A DNA stretch of 64,000 bases, taken from Rickettsiales bacterium. Lineage in GTDB: Bacteria > Pseudomonadota > Alphaproteobacteria > Methylaequorales > Methylaequoraceae. The position numbers and the translations under genes are program-made. Below the pieces are notes generated by a model, which had not been told where the DNA came from, did no database searches, and saw only the letters and a list, made by a program, of their open reading frames with translations. Shown in pieces: positions 17,506 through 27,453 of this stretch (position 1 is its first letter; each line of letters starts with the position of its first letter). The DNA is taken from the NCBI GenBank assembly GCA_002689325.1, contig NZFP01000009.1:2587-66586 (forward strand), written 5' to 3'.

Positions 17506-17574
17506 ATAAGAAAGTCCTAAAATATGATAAAAAATTTTTCACTTTACAAAATTCTAACTTACTTTTTAAATAAA

Positions 17575-17970
17575 ATAATGCCTCACCTTCAATTTGAAAT
17601 TAACAAAAAGTTAAACAAAGAGTCTAAAAACGATTTTATAAGTTTTGTTGAAGAAAGTTTTTCAAAAATAATGGAAACCGGTAGAGACCATATTGCAATC
17701 TCAATAAGGGAACTAGAAGAAAATAGTTTAAGTCTTGGGAGAGCAAAAAATGAATATATTTGTCTTATGAATCTGGACATTAGAGCTGGAAGAACTGATA
17801 AACAAAAAATTAAATTAATCAAAACCCTTATTTCTGGAGTTGAAAAATACTTTTTTATAAAAAAAATACATCAATACGTAACCATTACAAATCATGAAGG
17901 TGCAGAATTTAATTTTTATGAAAAATCACTAACAGATTGGATCAAGAACGATGACCCTGCTAATAATTAG
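17575..17970 (+). CDS. tautomerase-superfamily protein (5-carboxymethyl-2-hydroxymuconate isomerase-like, Met-Pro N-terminus)
   Basis: Internal start gives MPHLQFEINKKL, resembling CHMI MPHFIVECS. The ORF track extends the frame to 17524, but the catalytic Pro1 argues for 17575. Confidence 0.45.
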   Translation: MMPHLQFEINKKLNKESKNDFISFVEESFSKIMETGRDHIAISIRELEENSLSLGRAKNEYICLMNLDIRAGRTDKQKIKLIKTLISGVEKYFFIKKIHQYVTITNHEGAEFNFYEKSLTDWIKNDDPANN

Positions 17971-18932
17971 GATTTAATGAAAGATTGATTATGTTTATTA
18001 AATTTAATTATTTGCTTAATCTGTGTTTTACTCATTGGTCTCATGCATAAAGCATTTGAGTTTTCTAAAACCTCTTTTTCATTTGTAATTCCTGCAATAG
18101 TAACCGAAACTTCAGGTAAAGACATACAAAAACTTAGACAAAATTGCGCTTGTGATGTTTTTTTTGAAAGTAGGTTATTTTCGAATAATTTTTTACTACA
18201 ACCTACCCATCTCTTTTTTTGATCATTACTCCACAAACTTCTATGATCATTATTTTTAAAACAATGGTCAGAATTAATTTTTCCTGTTAAAAAACCAAAA
18301 CTAAATGGCGTGCGAGACAGAACAGCAATATTATTTTTTTTACATTCTTTCTCTATTCCTAACTCAATAACTCTTGTGTCTAATATATTTAAATTTACTT
18401 GGATTGAATCAATTAAATCTAAATTTTTTACATAAAAAAAATCAGAAGGCTTTTTTAAAGACAATCCAAAGGCTCTTATTTTTCCTTTTTTTTTTTCCTC
18501 CAAGAATGATTGTATAAAATCTAAATTTCTCAAGATTTGTTCCTCAGGATTATGTAATTGTATTAAGTCAAGGTAATCTGTTTCTAAATCATTTAGACTT
18601 TTGTCTAACTGTTTAATTAAGAAATCTGAGTTAAAGTTTTTTTTTTCAGAAAATTCTGAAATACCACATTTTGATGCTAAAAAAATCTCATCTCTTTTTT
18701 TTCTTTTAAGAACTTTTCCCAAAATTTTTTCACTAATTCCATATGCAGGAGAAGTATCAAAAAAATTAATATTTCTCGTCAACGCATTTTCAATAGTTTT
18801 TATGGCGGTTTTAACTGATATACGGCCATATGAAGGGGCAATTTTGGTTCCACCACCAAGACCCCAGCAACCAAAGCCAAGCTTCGATTTAATAATATTA
18901 GAGTTTCCTATTTTAAAATTTGTCTTAAACAA
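17967..18932 (-). CDS. aldo/keto reductase
   Basis: 321 aa. LGFGCWGLGGG ... AYG ... SEKILG blocks typical of the AKR family. Confidence 0.8.
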   Translation of the reverse strand: MFKTNFKIGNSNIIKSKLGFGCWGLGGGTKIAPSYGRISVKTAIKTIENALTRNINFFDTSPAYGISEKILGKVLKRKKRDEIFLASKCGISEFSEKKNFNSDFLIKQLDKSLNDLETDYLDLIQLHNPEEQILRNLDFIQSFLEEKKKGKIRAFGLSLKKPSDFFYVKNLDLIDSIQVNLNILDTRVIELGIEKECKKNNIAVLSRTPFSFGFLTGKINSDHCFKNNDHRSLWSNDQKKRWVGCSKKLFENNLLSKKTSQAQFCLSFCMSLPEVSVTIAGITNEKEVLENSNALCMRPMSKTQIKQIIKFNKHNQSFIKS

Positions 18933-18937
18933 TTACT

Positions 18938-20920
18938 TTAATGATGAGCTGAATAATATTTACTCATTGCTTTACTTCCATACAAATAAGCTCCTTTTTT
19001 ATTTGCATACCAAACAACCTTTTTTGCCCAATCTAATCTTGAAATCCATGTTTCACCTCTTCTCTCAATTTTATAATTAAATTCTCCTTCTTCAAGTTTC
19101 GTTTTTCTCCCAACAAGGACTGATTTATAGAAATCTATAATATTATAGTTTAGAGTTACTTCATAATTTTTATCTCTTTTTGGTAATTTGAGCATTTCAT
19201 AATTTATCATGATTGACTGACTTATCAGATTTTTGAATTGAGTAAGATTTGGATCATGAGAAATCATCTTTTTAAAAAGCAACTTTTCTGCTTCTTTATA
19301 AAAATCAGATATTAAATTATTTTTATATAATTTTAAAAACATATATTCATCATGTGGCCACCATATATTAAGCCACTCTTTTGAAAACTTATACTCTGGA
19401 CCACCATTTTGAATTATTGAAGCCGAATCAAAAAAATATTTTCTAATTTGTGATATTAATTTAAATTCTTTACTTTTTTCATTAACAAAAAAATTAATTA
19501 TGGATTTATAATCTTGTCCAGTTAAATGATGATAAATTATAATTGGAATTTGAAGAATTTTATTAAAATGAAGAAAAGCGGTCATCCATGAAAACGCCCT
19601 AGTTTTTTGCCAGTCTTTTTTCGGCATCGAATTGGTAGCCACTACTAACTGTTGTTTTTCAGAAATACCAAAGTCATCATCACTATAGAAACCATGCATG
19701 TTTAGAATATCTGTTTCTACAGTCTTTATTCCAAATTTTTTTTGATATTTTAGATCACCTACTTCTGAGTTAGGAAGAATTGAGAGGTTATTAAATTGTA
19801 TCCTGTTATGTTGACCATTCTGTATCAGACTTGATACTCCTCCAGTAAAAGAATCAAATGTTTCTCCAGGTAAACCTAAAATCAGATCTGAGTATGTTGT
19901 AACATTGTTTTTGGTAAATATTTTTTGAAGAGTATCATAGGATTCTAAAGATATATTATCCCTCTTTATGTTATGCAAAGTTACTGGGTCGAGTGACTGC
20001 ATTGATAATGTTACCCCTTTATTAAGCCCAGCATCAGCTAATATTTTTTGTGTTTGATAAGCCCTTTCAGTTGTATTTTTTGTATTTTGAACAGATAATG
20101 CTTTTGGATAACCTGTAATTTTTTTTTTTACTGCCGCATATTTAGCAATCTCAACATCTCTTTTCAAAATTCCAAAATTTGCATCACAGCAAAAAATAAA
20201 TTCAATCTTTTTTCTTGAAAACCAGTCGATTTCTAATTTTAAACGCTCTAAATCAAATTTATTAACCTTGCTTGCAGTTGCAGAACCCCAATCACAGAAT
20301 GTACATTTAAATGGACATCCTCTATTTGTTTCCCATAAAATTAACCATTCATTTTCTGGGTAAGCTTCAATTAGATCATCAAAGATACCAGATAAATACG
20401 GGGATGGTATGCATTCCAATTCTCTTATTCTTTTAAATTCGGAATTACTCTGATAGATACCATATTTATTAAGCCAAGATATACCGCTTACTTCTTTTGT
20501 TTTATTATTTTCAAATGATTCCACTAAATCCAAAAAGACTTTTTCTCCTTCTCCATGAACAACATAATCTATAAATTTATTATTTCTTAAAAATTTTTCT
20601 GCATGATTTGGGACCTGCGGACCACCAAAAATAATTTTAACATTTTTGTTAATAGCCTTAAGTTTTTTTGCTACAGAGAGAGATATTTTTTCGTTCCAAG
20701 AATATAAACTAAATCCCACTATGTCAGCATCTGAATAAAGGTTTACTGCGTCTTGAACACTTATCCTTTTGAATAATGGTTCTAAAAATTCATAATTTTT
20801 TTTATTTTTTGCATATTTTTTGAAATAACTTTCAAGTAAACCTGCAACATAGGGAAGATAATAGGCCCCTGAAAAACAATTATTTATCTGGCTAATTCCT
20901 ATTTTTATTTTTTTCTTCAT
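18938..20920 (-). CDS. B12-binding domain radical SAM protein (class B)
   Basis: 660 aa. N-terminal cobalamin-binding-like domain and CPFKCTFCDWGS (CxxxCxxC) radical SAM cluster motif. Confidence 0.8.
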   Translation of the reverse strand: MKKKIKIGISQINNCFSGAYYLPYVAGLLESYFKKYAKNKKNYEFLEPLFKRISVQDAVNLYSDADIVGFSLYSWNEKISLSVAKKLKAINKNVKIIFGGPQVPNHAEKFLRNNKFIDYVVHGEGEKVFLDLVESFENNKTKEVSGISWLNKYGIYQSNSEFKRIRELECIPSPYLSGIFDDLIEAYPENEWLILWETNRGCPFKCTFCDWGSATASKVNKFDLERLKLEIDWFSRKKIEFIFCCDANFGILKRDVEIAKYAAVKKKITGYPKALSVQNTKNTTERAYQTQKILADAGLNKGVTLSMQSLDPVTLHNIKRDNISLESYDTLQKIFTKNNVTTYSDLILGLPGETFDSFTGGVSSLIQNGQHNRIQFNNLSILPNSEVGDLKYQKKFGIKTVETDILNMHGFYSDDDFGISEKQQLVVATNSMPKKDWQKTRAFSWMTAFLHFNKILQIPIIIYHHLTGQDYKSIINFFVNEKSKEFKLISQIRKYFFDSASIIQNGGPEYKFSKEWLNIWWPHDEYMFLKLYKNNLISDFYKEAEKLLFKKMISHDPNLTQFKNLISQSIMINYEMLKLPKRDKNYEVTLNYNIIDFYKSVLVGRKTKLEEGEFNYKIERRGETWISRLDWAKKVVWYANKKGAYLYGSKAMSKYYSAHH

Positions 20921-21260
20921 TTTTTAATTAATACATATTTATTTTTAAGTGACAAGGCTAGCATAATCAGAAAAATTTAGGGGGTTATTAATAATATCTA
21001 TTCATGTCGAAAAAAAAAATTGAATATAAAACTACAATATTAACGACTTTAAATTAAATCTTTTAAACTTCAGGACTTAATAATAAGGAATATTTGGTAA
21101 AAAGAATATGATAAAATTGAAAGACCATACTCATATGGATGTTATTATTTCACCAAACAAAAATGAATATGATATAAAGTTTTCTCAAGAAAAATTTTTA
21201 TACTCTCAATAACTTAATATAATTGCTAAAATAATTTCATATTATTTATAGTTTCCTATT

Positions 21261-21983
21261 ATGCTAAAAATTTTAAAAAATAGACTCCTAAAAAACACAA
21301 TGATTTATCATATTTATAGATATTTAAAATATAAAAAAAACTATTTTCCATCTTATGGAGCTACAGGTGAGGACGTTTTAATTAGCAAGATTTTCAAAAA
21401 TAAAATTGATGGTTTTTTTGTTGATGTTGGTGCCCTCCACCCCATAAATGGATCGTTAACATATAATTTATCTAAAAAAGGCTGGAAAGGTTTGAATATT
21501 GATTTACTGGAAGAAAACTTAATTTTATTCAATTTATTTAGAAAAAAAGATAAGAACATCAACTTAGCTATCTCGAGAAATAAAGGAATTATTAATGCAT
21601 ATATTTTTGAAAGAGGTTCTGGTGTGAATACAACTAACAAAAAGTGGGCAGATAAATGGAAAAAAAAAATTGGGAAAAATTACTCAATCCTCAAAATAAA
21701 AAAAAACTCACTTAATAATGTTCTTACCTCTCATAAAATTAACAAAGAATTTGAATTATTAAACATAGATGTAGAAGGGCATGAAATAGATGTTTTAAAA
21801 GGAATAAATTTTAAAAATATTCGTCCAAAAATAATAACAATTGAAATTCATGTTGAAAAAACTGAGCAAATTTTTAAAACAGAAACTTATAGACTGTTAA
21901 AAAAAAATAACTACGAACTTTTTTCACAATATTATCAAACATCTTTTTTTAAGAGCAATGAGTTCAATATAATTAATTTATAG
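21261..21983 (+). CDS. FkbM-family methyltransferase
   Basis: VDVGALHP...NIDVEGHEIDVLKG blocks. Paralogous to 25326-26039 and 32737-33453. Confidence 0.75.
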   Translation: MLKILKNRLLKNTMIYHIYRYLKYKKNYFPSYGATGEDVLISKIFKNKIDGFFVDVGALHPINGSLTYNLSKKGWKGLNIDLLEENLILFNLFRKKDKNINLAISRNKGIINAYIFERGSGVNTTNKKWADKWKKKIGKNYSILKIKKNSLNNVLTSHKINKEFELLNIDVEGHEIDVLKGINFKNIRPKIITIEIHVEKTEQIFKTETYRLLKKNNYELFSQYYQTSFFKSNEFNIINL

Positions 21984-22024
21984 TTTTAGCTTAATTATGG
22001 CAAAACGGAATGATTTCCTTAGTT

Positions 22025-22738
22025 TTATGGTAGTTGACGAAAATATTTTGAGTACTTATTTTTTAAAATAAAAAGAAGAATAAAGAATGTTAATAAAACA
22101 ATTGATGGCATTAATAATTCTTCAGTCAGAACCTCGAGCTTTAATTCTGAAGCATAAAGTTTAGTAGTATCTATCACTCTCTTGAAAATATAAGTGTATA
22201 ATATTATTTGAGGTACCTCAGCTAAAATAGTCGCAAAAATGAACTGTCTATATGTAAGATTAAAAAAAATAGCAAATATATTTTTTATCACAAATGGCAT
22301 GCCTGGTATTACCCTAAATATGGTAAATAAAAACATAGATTTTTCCTTAAAATTAGTAATTTTATTAGACTTAACCAAAATCTTTTTTAAGTAATCTTTA
22401 AAAAGGTTAGCTATATTGAATGCGAGTATTGAACCTAATATAAATGAAAATACGGATAATAGAATTCCAAAGTAACCAAAAAAAAGAGTGGATATAAAAA
22501 GTAATGGTGAAACTATACCAACAAAGCATATCCATATCGTTGATAAAAATAAATATAAGCCGATTGATATTAATTTATTATTATCTAAAAAAGTTTTTAA
22601 TTTTTCATGTTCGGAATGAATACTCTCTAAACTTAGATTAAAAAGTAGATCTTTATAAAGAAAAATTAAAAAAACTATAATTGAAATCATTAATAAATAT
22701 ATGATTGCAAGAATTTTTTTTAATAAACTTTTAGTCAA
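22025..22738 (-). CDS. DedA/TVP38-family membrane protein
   Basis: 237-aa polytopic protein. FRVIPGMPFVIKNIFAIFF resembles the R-IPG-P motif of the SNARE-associated/DedA family. Confidence 0.45.
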   Translation of the reverse strand: MTKSLLKKILAIIYLLMISIIVFLIFLYKDLLFNLSLESIHSEHEKLKTFLDNNKLISIGLYLFLSTIWICFVGIVSPLLFISTLFFGYFGILLSVFSFILGSILAFNIANLFKDYLKKILVKSNKITNFKEKSMFLFTIFRVIPGMPFVIKNIFAIFFNLTYRQFIFATILAEVPQIILYTYIFKRVIDTTKLYASELKLEVLTEELLMPSIVLLTFFILLFILKNKYSKYFRQLP

Positions 22739-22771
22739 ATTTTTATTTTCGAGTTTAGTATTATACTTCCT

Positions 22772-23836
22772 TTAAAGTTTACTTTTTTTTATTTCATGGC
22801 TTGCTATTTTTTTTAGAATTTTATCTAACTTATATTTAATCTTCCATTTCGGGAAATCTTTAGAAAACTTTGAATAGTCGGTAATCCACCAAATGTGATC
22901 ACCTATCCTATTATCATCAAAAAACTCTACTGGAACCTTAAGACTATACTCTTTCTTAAAAAAATTTAGAACTTCGATTATAGAGCAGCTATTTTCTCTT
23001 CCTCCACCAATATTATAAATTTCACCTTGTGTTGGATTTTGGTAGTAATGCCAAAAACAACTTATGAGATCACTACTATGAATATTATCTCTAACTTGTT
23101 TTCCCTTGTAACCAAAGATCTTATATTTTTTTTTTTGTATTATACATTTGATCAAATACGATAAAAAACCGTGTAACTCAACACCAGAGTGATTTTCTCC
23201 AGTTAGACATCCGCCTCTAAAAGTAACAGTATTAAGTTTCATATTTTTACCAAACTCCTGAACATAAAGATCAGCACTAAGTTTGGATACTCCAAAAAAA
23301 GAATGAACGCAGTTGTCTGTACTCATTCTCTCACTTATACCTCGTTTAAAATACCCGCAACTTTTGCTAACTTCATATCTATTCTTTTTTTCTATGAATT
23401 TTAGTTTATTAGGATTATCTCCATAAACTTTATTAGTTGAAACATTAATAAAACTTGCATCAGGACAGTATCTTTTAAAAAGATCAAGAAGTTGAAGGGT
23501 TGCTGTAGAATTAATTTGATAGTCTAGTGTAATATCCCTCATAGCCCAATCATGAGACGGCTGAGCAGCACAATGAATAATACAATTTATCTTCTTTTTA
23601 AAATTAATAAAAATTTCTTCAACTTTTTTTTTATTTCTAATATCCACATCGAAGTGTTGATAGTCTTTCATTTGATTAAGCTGGTTTTTTCTGGTGTTAG
23701 TACTACCAGAGGAACCAAAGAATATTTTTCTGCTGTCATTATCTAACCCAAGAACATTAAACCCCTTTTTAACGAAAAATTCTGCACACTCTGAACCTAT
23801 TAATCCAGCAGACCCTGTTATTAAAATATATTTCAC
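22772..23836 (-). CDS. NAD-dependent epimerase, CDP-paratose 2-epimerase (RfbE/Tyv)-like
   Basis: Rossmann motif ITGSAGLIGS. STNKVYGD, GKQVRDNIHSSDL and YNIGGG blocks match the RfbE family. Confidence 0.75.
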   Translation of the reverse strand: MKYILITGSAGLIGSECAEFFVKKGFNVLGLDNDSRKIFFGSSGSTNTRKNQLNQMKDYQHFDVDIRNKKKVEEIFINFKKKINCIIHCAAQPSHDWAMRDITLDYQINSTATLQLLDLFKRYCPDASFINVSTNKVYGDNPNKLKFIEKKNRYEVSKSCGYFKRGISERMSTDNCVHSFFGVSKLSADLYVQEFGKNMKLNTVTFRGGCLTGENHSGVELHGFLSYLIKCIIQKKKYKIFGYKGKQVRDNIHSSDLISCFWHYYQNPTQGEIYNIGGGRENSCSIIEVLNFFKKEYSLKVPVEFFDDNRIGDHIWWITDYSKFSKDFPKWKIKYKLDKILKKIASHEIKKSKL

Positions 23837-23913
23837 CTGATGATTATAAAAAATAAAAAGAATTAAACAATTATGAATTGTTGAATTTATAAATCACGTT
23901 ATATTAAAAAAAT

Positions 23914-24474
23914 ATGTCAGATCACAAAAATTTTTATAAGAAATCTGCTAAACAAAGAATTTCTTTTACTCATAAATTTAGAAAAGTTTACTTAACGATT
24001 AGTAAAGAAATTAATAGTATTTTAGAAAATTCAACTAATTTACTTTTTTTAAGTGCCGGACATTCAAGTATGGTTGATATGTTAAAATTCAATAATATTT
24101 ATGTTTTAGAAATTATTGAAGAGTTTCATTCGTTATATACTAATAAGAATAGTAAAAAAATAACAGAGCTTGAAAGCTTAAAAAAAATTAAAAATTTAGT
24201 CATTGACGATGTGATCATTTCAAACTTAGAGTATTCAAATGATCCAATTAAATTAATGAATGATGTTAATAAAACCTTGGGTGATAATGGAAAAGTTTCC
24301 ATAATTTGTAATAATATTTTTTGGAATCCTGTTTTTAAAATCTTTGAATTTATTGGTCTTAAGTTCAGACATCCAAGGAAAAACCTCATCACTTCAAATT
24401 TTGTTGAAAATTTATGTTTCCTATCAGATTTTGAATTAGTAAAAAAAAAAAAAGATTATTTTACTCCCTTTTAA
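23914..24474 (+). CDS. hypothetical protein (weak methyltransferase-like C-terminus)
   Basis: 186 aa. LGDNGKVSIICN resembles a post-motif-II methyltransferase segment. Weak. Confidence 0.3.
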   Translation: MSDHKNFYKKSAKQRISFTHKFRKVYLTISKEINSILENSTNLLFLSAGHSSMVDMLKFNNIYVLEIIEEFHSLYTNKNSKKITELESLKKIKNLVIDDVIISNLEYSNDPIKLMNDVNKTLGDNGKVSIICNNIFWNPVFKIFEFIGLKFRHPRKNLITSNFVENLCFLSDFELVKKKKDYFTPF

Positions 24475-24532
24475 CATTCCAATTCTTACAACGTTTATAA
24501 ATAATATTTTTGCTAAACTACCAATAATAAAT

Positions 24533-25318
24533 TTGTTTTGTTTGATCTCACTTTATGTTCTTCGTGCTAAGCCAAAGAGCAGTTTAAAATTAGATGATAT
24601 GACAGTTTCTATTATTGTTCCGTGTAAAAATGAAGAAAATAATATTAAGCTTGTAGTAGACTCCTTAGAAAAAATTGGAAAAAAAACTGAAGTTTTATTC
24701 GGTAATGATAATTCAGATGATAATACTGAGGGTGAAATAAAAAAATTTATCAAAAGGAGGAAAGATATAGATATAATTTATTATGAAGGTCCTGGAATTT
24801 GTAAAGCAAATAATGTTTATAAAGGATTTGAAATCGCTAGGGGGGATATATTAGTTATACATGATGCAGATAATACAGTTGATCCAATTGAGCTAAAAAA
24901 AATTGTAAAAGTTTTAGTCGAAAAAAACCAAAATTTGGTAATTGGTTCAAGATTAATTTATCCAATGGAGAAAAAGGCAATGAAATTCTCCAATTATTTA
25001 GGCAATCTTTTTTTCTCTTATTTTTATTCTCTTATCCTTCAACAAAATGTTACAGACACTTTATGTGGGACTAAAGCTATCTTTAGAAAGGATTGGGATA
25101 AAATAATGAATTATATTGGAGCATGGGGAATTAAAGATAAATGGGGTGACTTTGAATTATTATCTGGTGCAAAAATTAATTTGATGAGAATATCCGAGGT
25201 TCCAGTAAATTATAAGGAAAGGGTCCAGGGAGAGACAAAAATGACAAATACAATTTTTAATGGATTCAGAATGTTATTAATTTGTATTGTCTCTTTCATA
25301 AAAATTAGAATTAAATAA
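24533..25318 (+). CDS. glycosyltransferase family 2
   Basis: VSIIVPCKNEENNI, GNDNSDDNT and HDADNT (DxD) blocks. Confidence 0.75.
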   Translation: MFCLISLYVLRAKPKSSLKLDDMTVSIIVPCKNEENNIKLVVDSLEKIGKKTEVLFGNDNSDDNTEGEIKKFIKRRKDIDIIYYEGPGICKANNVYKGFEIARGDILVIHDADNTVDPIELKKIVKVLVEKNQNLVIGSRLIYPMEKKAMKFSNYLGNLFFSYFYSLILQQNVTDTLCGTKAIFRKDWDKIMNYIGAWGIKDKWGDFELLSGAKINLMRISEVPVNYKERVQGETKMTNTIFNGFRMLLICIVSFIKIRIK

Positions 25319-25325
25319 AGAAGAT

Positions 25326-26039
25326 ATGTTAAAATACTTTTTCGAAAGAATCGTTTTGATTTTAGATAATTCGTCCCAAAAAAAAAATTTTTCTTTTATA
25401 AAAAAAATATTTGGAAATAAAATAAACACTTTCTTTGATGTTGGTTTTCATGCAGGTGAGACAGCCTCACTTGTAAATCACTATTTCTCAGTCAAGGAGA
25501 TACATGCATTTGAACCAAATCCAAATATATCAAAGAGTTTTTATGAAAGAAAATTTAAAAATGTAGTTTTGATCAAGAAGGGTGTTGGAAGAAAAAATTG
25601 TAAAAAAACTTTTTTTATTAATAATTTTTCTCCTATTAATTCTTTTTTTAAAGTCAATAATCAATCAGGACATACAAAGTTGAAAAAAAGAATTTTAAAC
25701 TTCTTATACTCGGAAACTATTAATAGTTCGAAAAAAGAAGTTGAAATTATTACTTTAAAAAATTACTGTTCAAAAAAAGGCATTCTTTATATCGATGTCT
25801 TAAAAATTGATACCGAGGGTAGTGAATATGATGTATTAATTGGGTTAGGGCAGAATATAAAAAATGTAAAATGTATACTTTTTGAGCATCATTATGATAA
25901 ATCTCTTATTAAAAACTATAAATTTAGTGATATAAATAAGTTATTAATTAAAAACGGGTTTAAAAAGGTTTTCAAATCTAAGATGTTACTAAGGAATATT
26001 ATTGAGTACGTTTACTTAAATGAAGAGTTTTACTTTTAG
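25326..26039 (+). CDS. FkbM-family methyltransferase
   Basis: FDVGFHAGE ... IDTEGSEYDVLIG. Confidence 0.7.
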   Translation: MLKYFFERIVLILDNSSQKKNFSFIKKIFGNKINTFFDVGFHAGETASLVNHYFSVKEIHAFEPNPNISKSFYERKFKNVVLIKKGVGRKNCKKTFFINNFSPINSFFKVNNQSGHTKLKKRILNFLYSETINSSKKEVEIITLKNYCSKKGILYIDVLKIDTEGSEYDVLIGLGQNIKNVKCILFEHHYDKSLIKNYKFSDINKLLIKNGFKKVFKSKMLLRNIIEYVYLNEEFYF

Positions 26040-26290
26040 CGTTTTGATTCATCATTAATAGTTTTTATTCCAATTGCGCTAAAAATAATAAGTAAAGGTC
26101 CGGTCTCTGATCTATGTCTTGGGTTACCTAACCCAACTCCAGTAGCTAGAATTATGAAAATTATACTCATGATTATTAAACCATTGATTCTTAAATGAAC
26201 TGATTGTAAGATAAGATAGAATCCAAAAACTTGTAAGAATCTCAGTAAAATAATTACAAATACTGAAACTACGTTAAGACCACTAAATTT

Positions 26291-26516
26291 ATTATTAAAT
26301 ATTGACGTTGAAGGCCATGAATTGGAGGTAATTCAGAGGCTTAATTTAAAAAATACAAGCCAAAACTTATTACTGTTGAAATTTATTGTACTGATGCTGG
26401 CAAAATATTAAAAACAAAAATTTATAAGATTTTAACAAATAATCGTCACAAATTTATTTCTCACCTTTATCAAACATCATTTTTTATATCAAATGATTAT
26501 AATTTTTATAAATAAT
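26291..26516 (+). pseudogene. FkbM methyltransferase C-terminal fragment with 1-nt frameshift
   Basis: LLNIDVEGHELEVIQRLNLKNT, then after a 1-nt frame change KPKLITVEIYCTDAGKILKTKIYKILTNNRHKFISHLYQTSFFISNDYNFYK*. This aligns with the C-terminus of the 21261-21983 product. No N-terminal half is present. Confidence 0.55.
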
Positions 26517-26580
26517 ATTCTATCATTTAAAATTATTAATATTTTACAAAATTTAACTATAACTTTAAAAAATAAAAGAG

Positions 26581-27453
26581 GTGAAAATAAAAAATTTATT
26601 CAAAAAAATTGCTAGATCTTTTGAAAAACGTAGAAAAAGAAAAAATAGCATTCTTTCAATTAACGATAATATTGAAACACTTAATGATTTACTTATTCAA
26701 GAATCAACAAAAGAACTTCAAAGGAATCACCCTAACCCATTTAACATATATGGCAAAAAGTGTTTTTCTCAATCAGATGAAGATGGAATAACTTTGGAGA
26801 TACTTAAAAGAATAAAGAAAATTAATAACGGTAGTTTTTTGGAGATTGGGGTTGGTGATGGAACAGAAAATAACACGTTGGTTTTGCTGTCATTAGGCTG
26901 GAATGGAATCTGGGTAGGTGGATCAAACTTATCTTTCGATACCTCTAAAAGTAAAAGGCTTCGATTTTTTAAGAATTGGGTGACAGCAGAAAATATAGTT
27001 GAAATAATTTATCATGGTTTAAATGCCTCTAAAATTAAGGGTCTTGACCTAATTTCTGTGGACTTAGATGGAAATGATTATTTTATAGTCAAGAAAATTT
27101 TAGAAGCAAAACTATTACCTAGTGTTTTTATTTTAGAATATAATGCTAAATTTCCCCCACCTATTAAATTTAGTATAAATTATAATCCACATCATAAATG
27201 GACAGTTGATGACTATTTTGGGGCCTCTCTTTCATTATGGAATCAACTTATGAATCAATATGGTTATATTCTAATATGCTGCAATTCTCATACAGGAGCA
27301 AATTGTTTTTTTGTTAAAAAAAAATTTTCAAAGTTATTTAAGGAAATTCCTAATGATATTGAAAAAATTTACTCTGAGCCAAGATATTTTTTATACAAAA
27401 ATTTTGTGCACAAAAGAAGTATCAAATTGATTCAACAAATAATTAATGATTAA
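26581..27453 (+). CDS. hypothetical protein
   Basis: 290-aa ORF in the sugar-modification island. No firm motif. Confidence 0.35.
   Translation: MKIKNLFKKIARSFEKRRKRKNSILSINDNIETLNDLLIQESTKELQRNHPNPFNIYGKKCFSQSDEDGITLEILKRIKKINNGSFLEIGVGDGTENNTLVLLSLGWNGIWVGGSNLSFDTSKSKRLRFFKNWVTAENIVEIIYHGLNASKIKGLDLISVDLDGNDYFIVKKILEAKLLPSVFILEYNAKFPPPIKFSINYNPHHKWTVDDYFGASLSLWNQLMNQYGYILICCNSHTGANCFFVKKKFSKLFKEIPNDIEKIYSEPRYFLYKNFVHKRSIKLIQQIIND

Noticed and set aside
17524-17574. Longer N-terminal extension of the tautomerase-like ORF (start at 17524)
   Set aside because: Tautomerase-superfamily enzymes use Pro1 after Met removal. The internal MPHLQFEIN start at 17575 fits this and the extension has no counterpart. 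Kept as an alternative only.
17589-17822. 77-aa antisense ORF inside the tautomerase-like gene; also 18601-19080, 21353-21640, 23552-23746, 24126-24392, 24553-24753, 26609-26791, 31634-31822, 33996-34208, 36322-36537
   Set aside because: These are nested within or antisense to better-supported genes and lack motifs.
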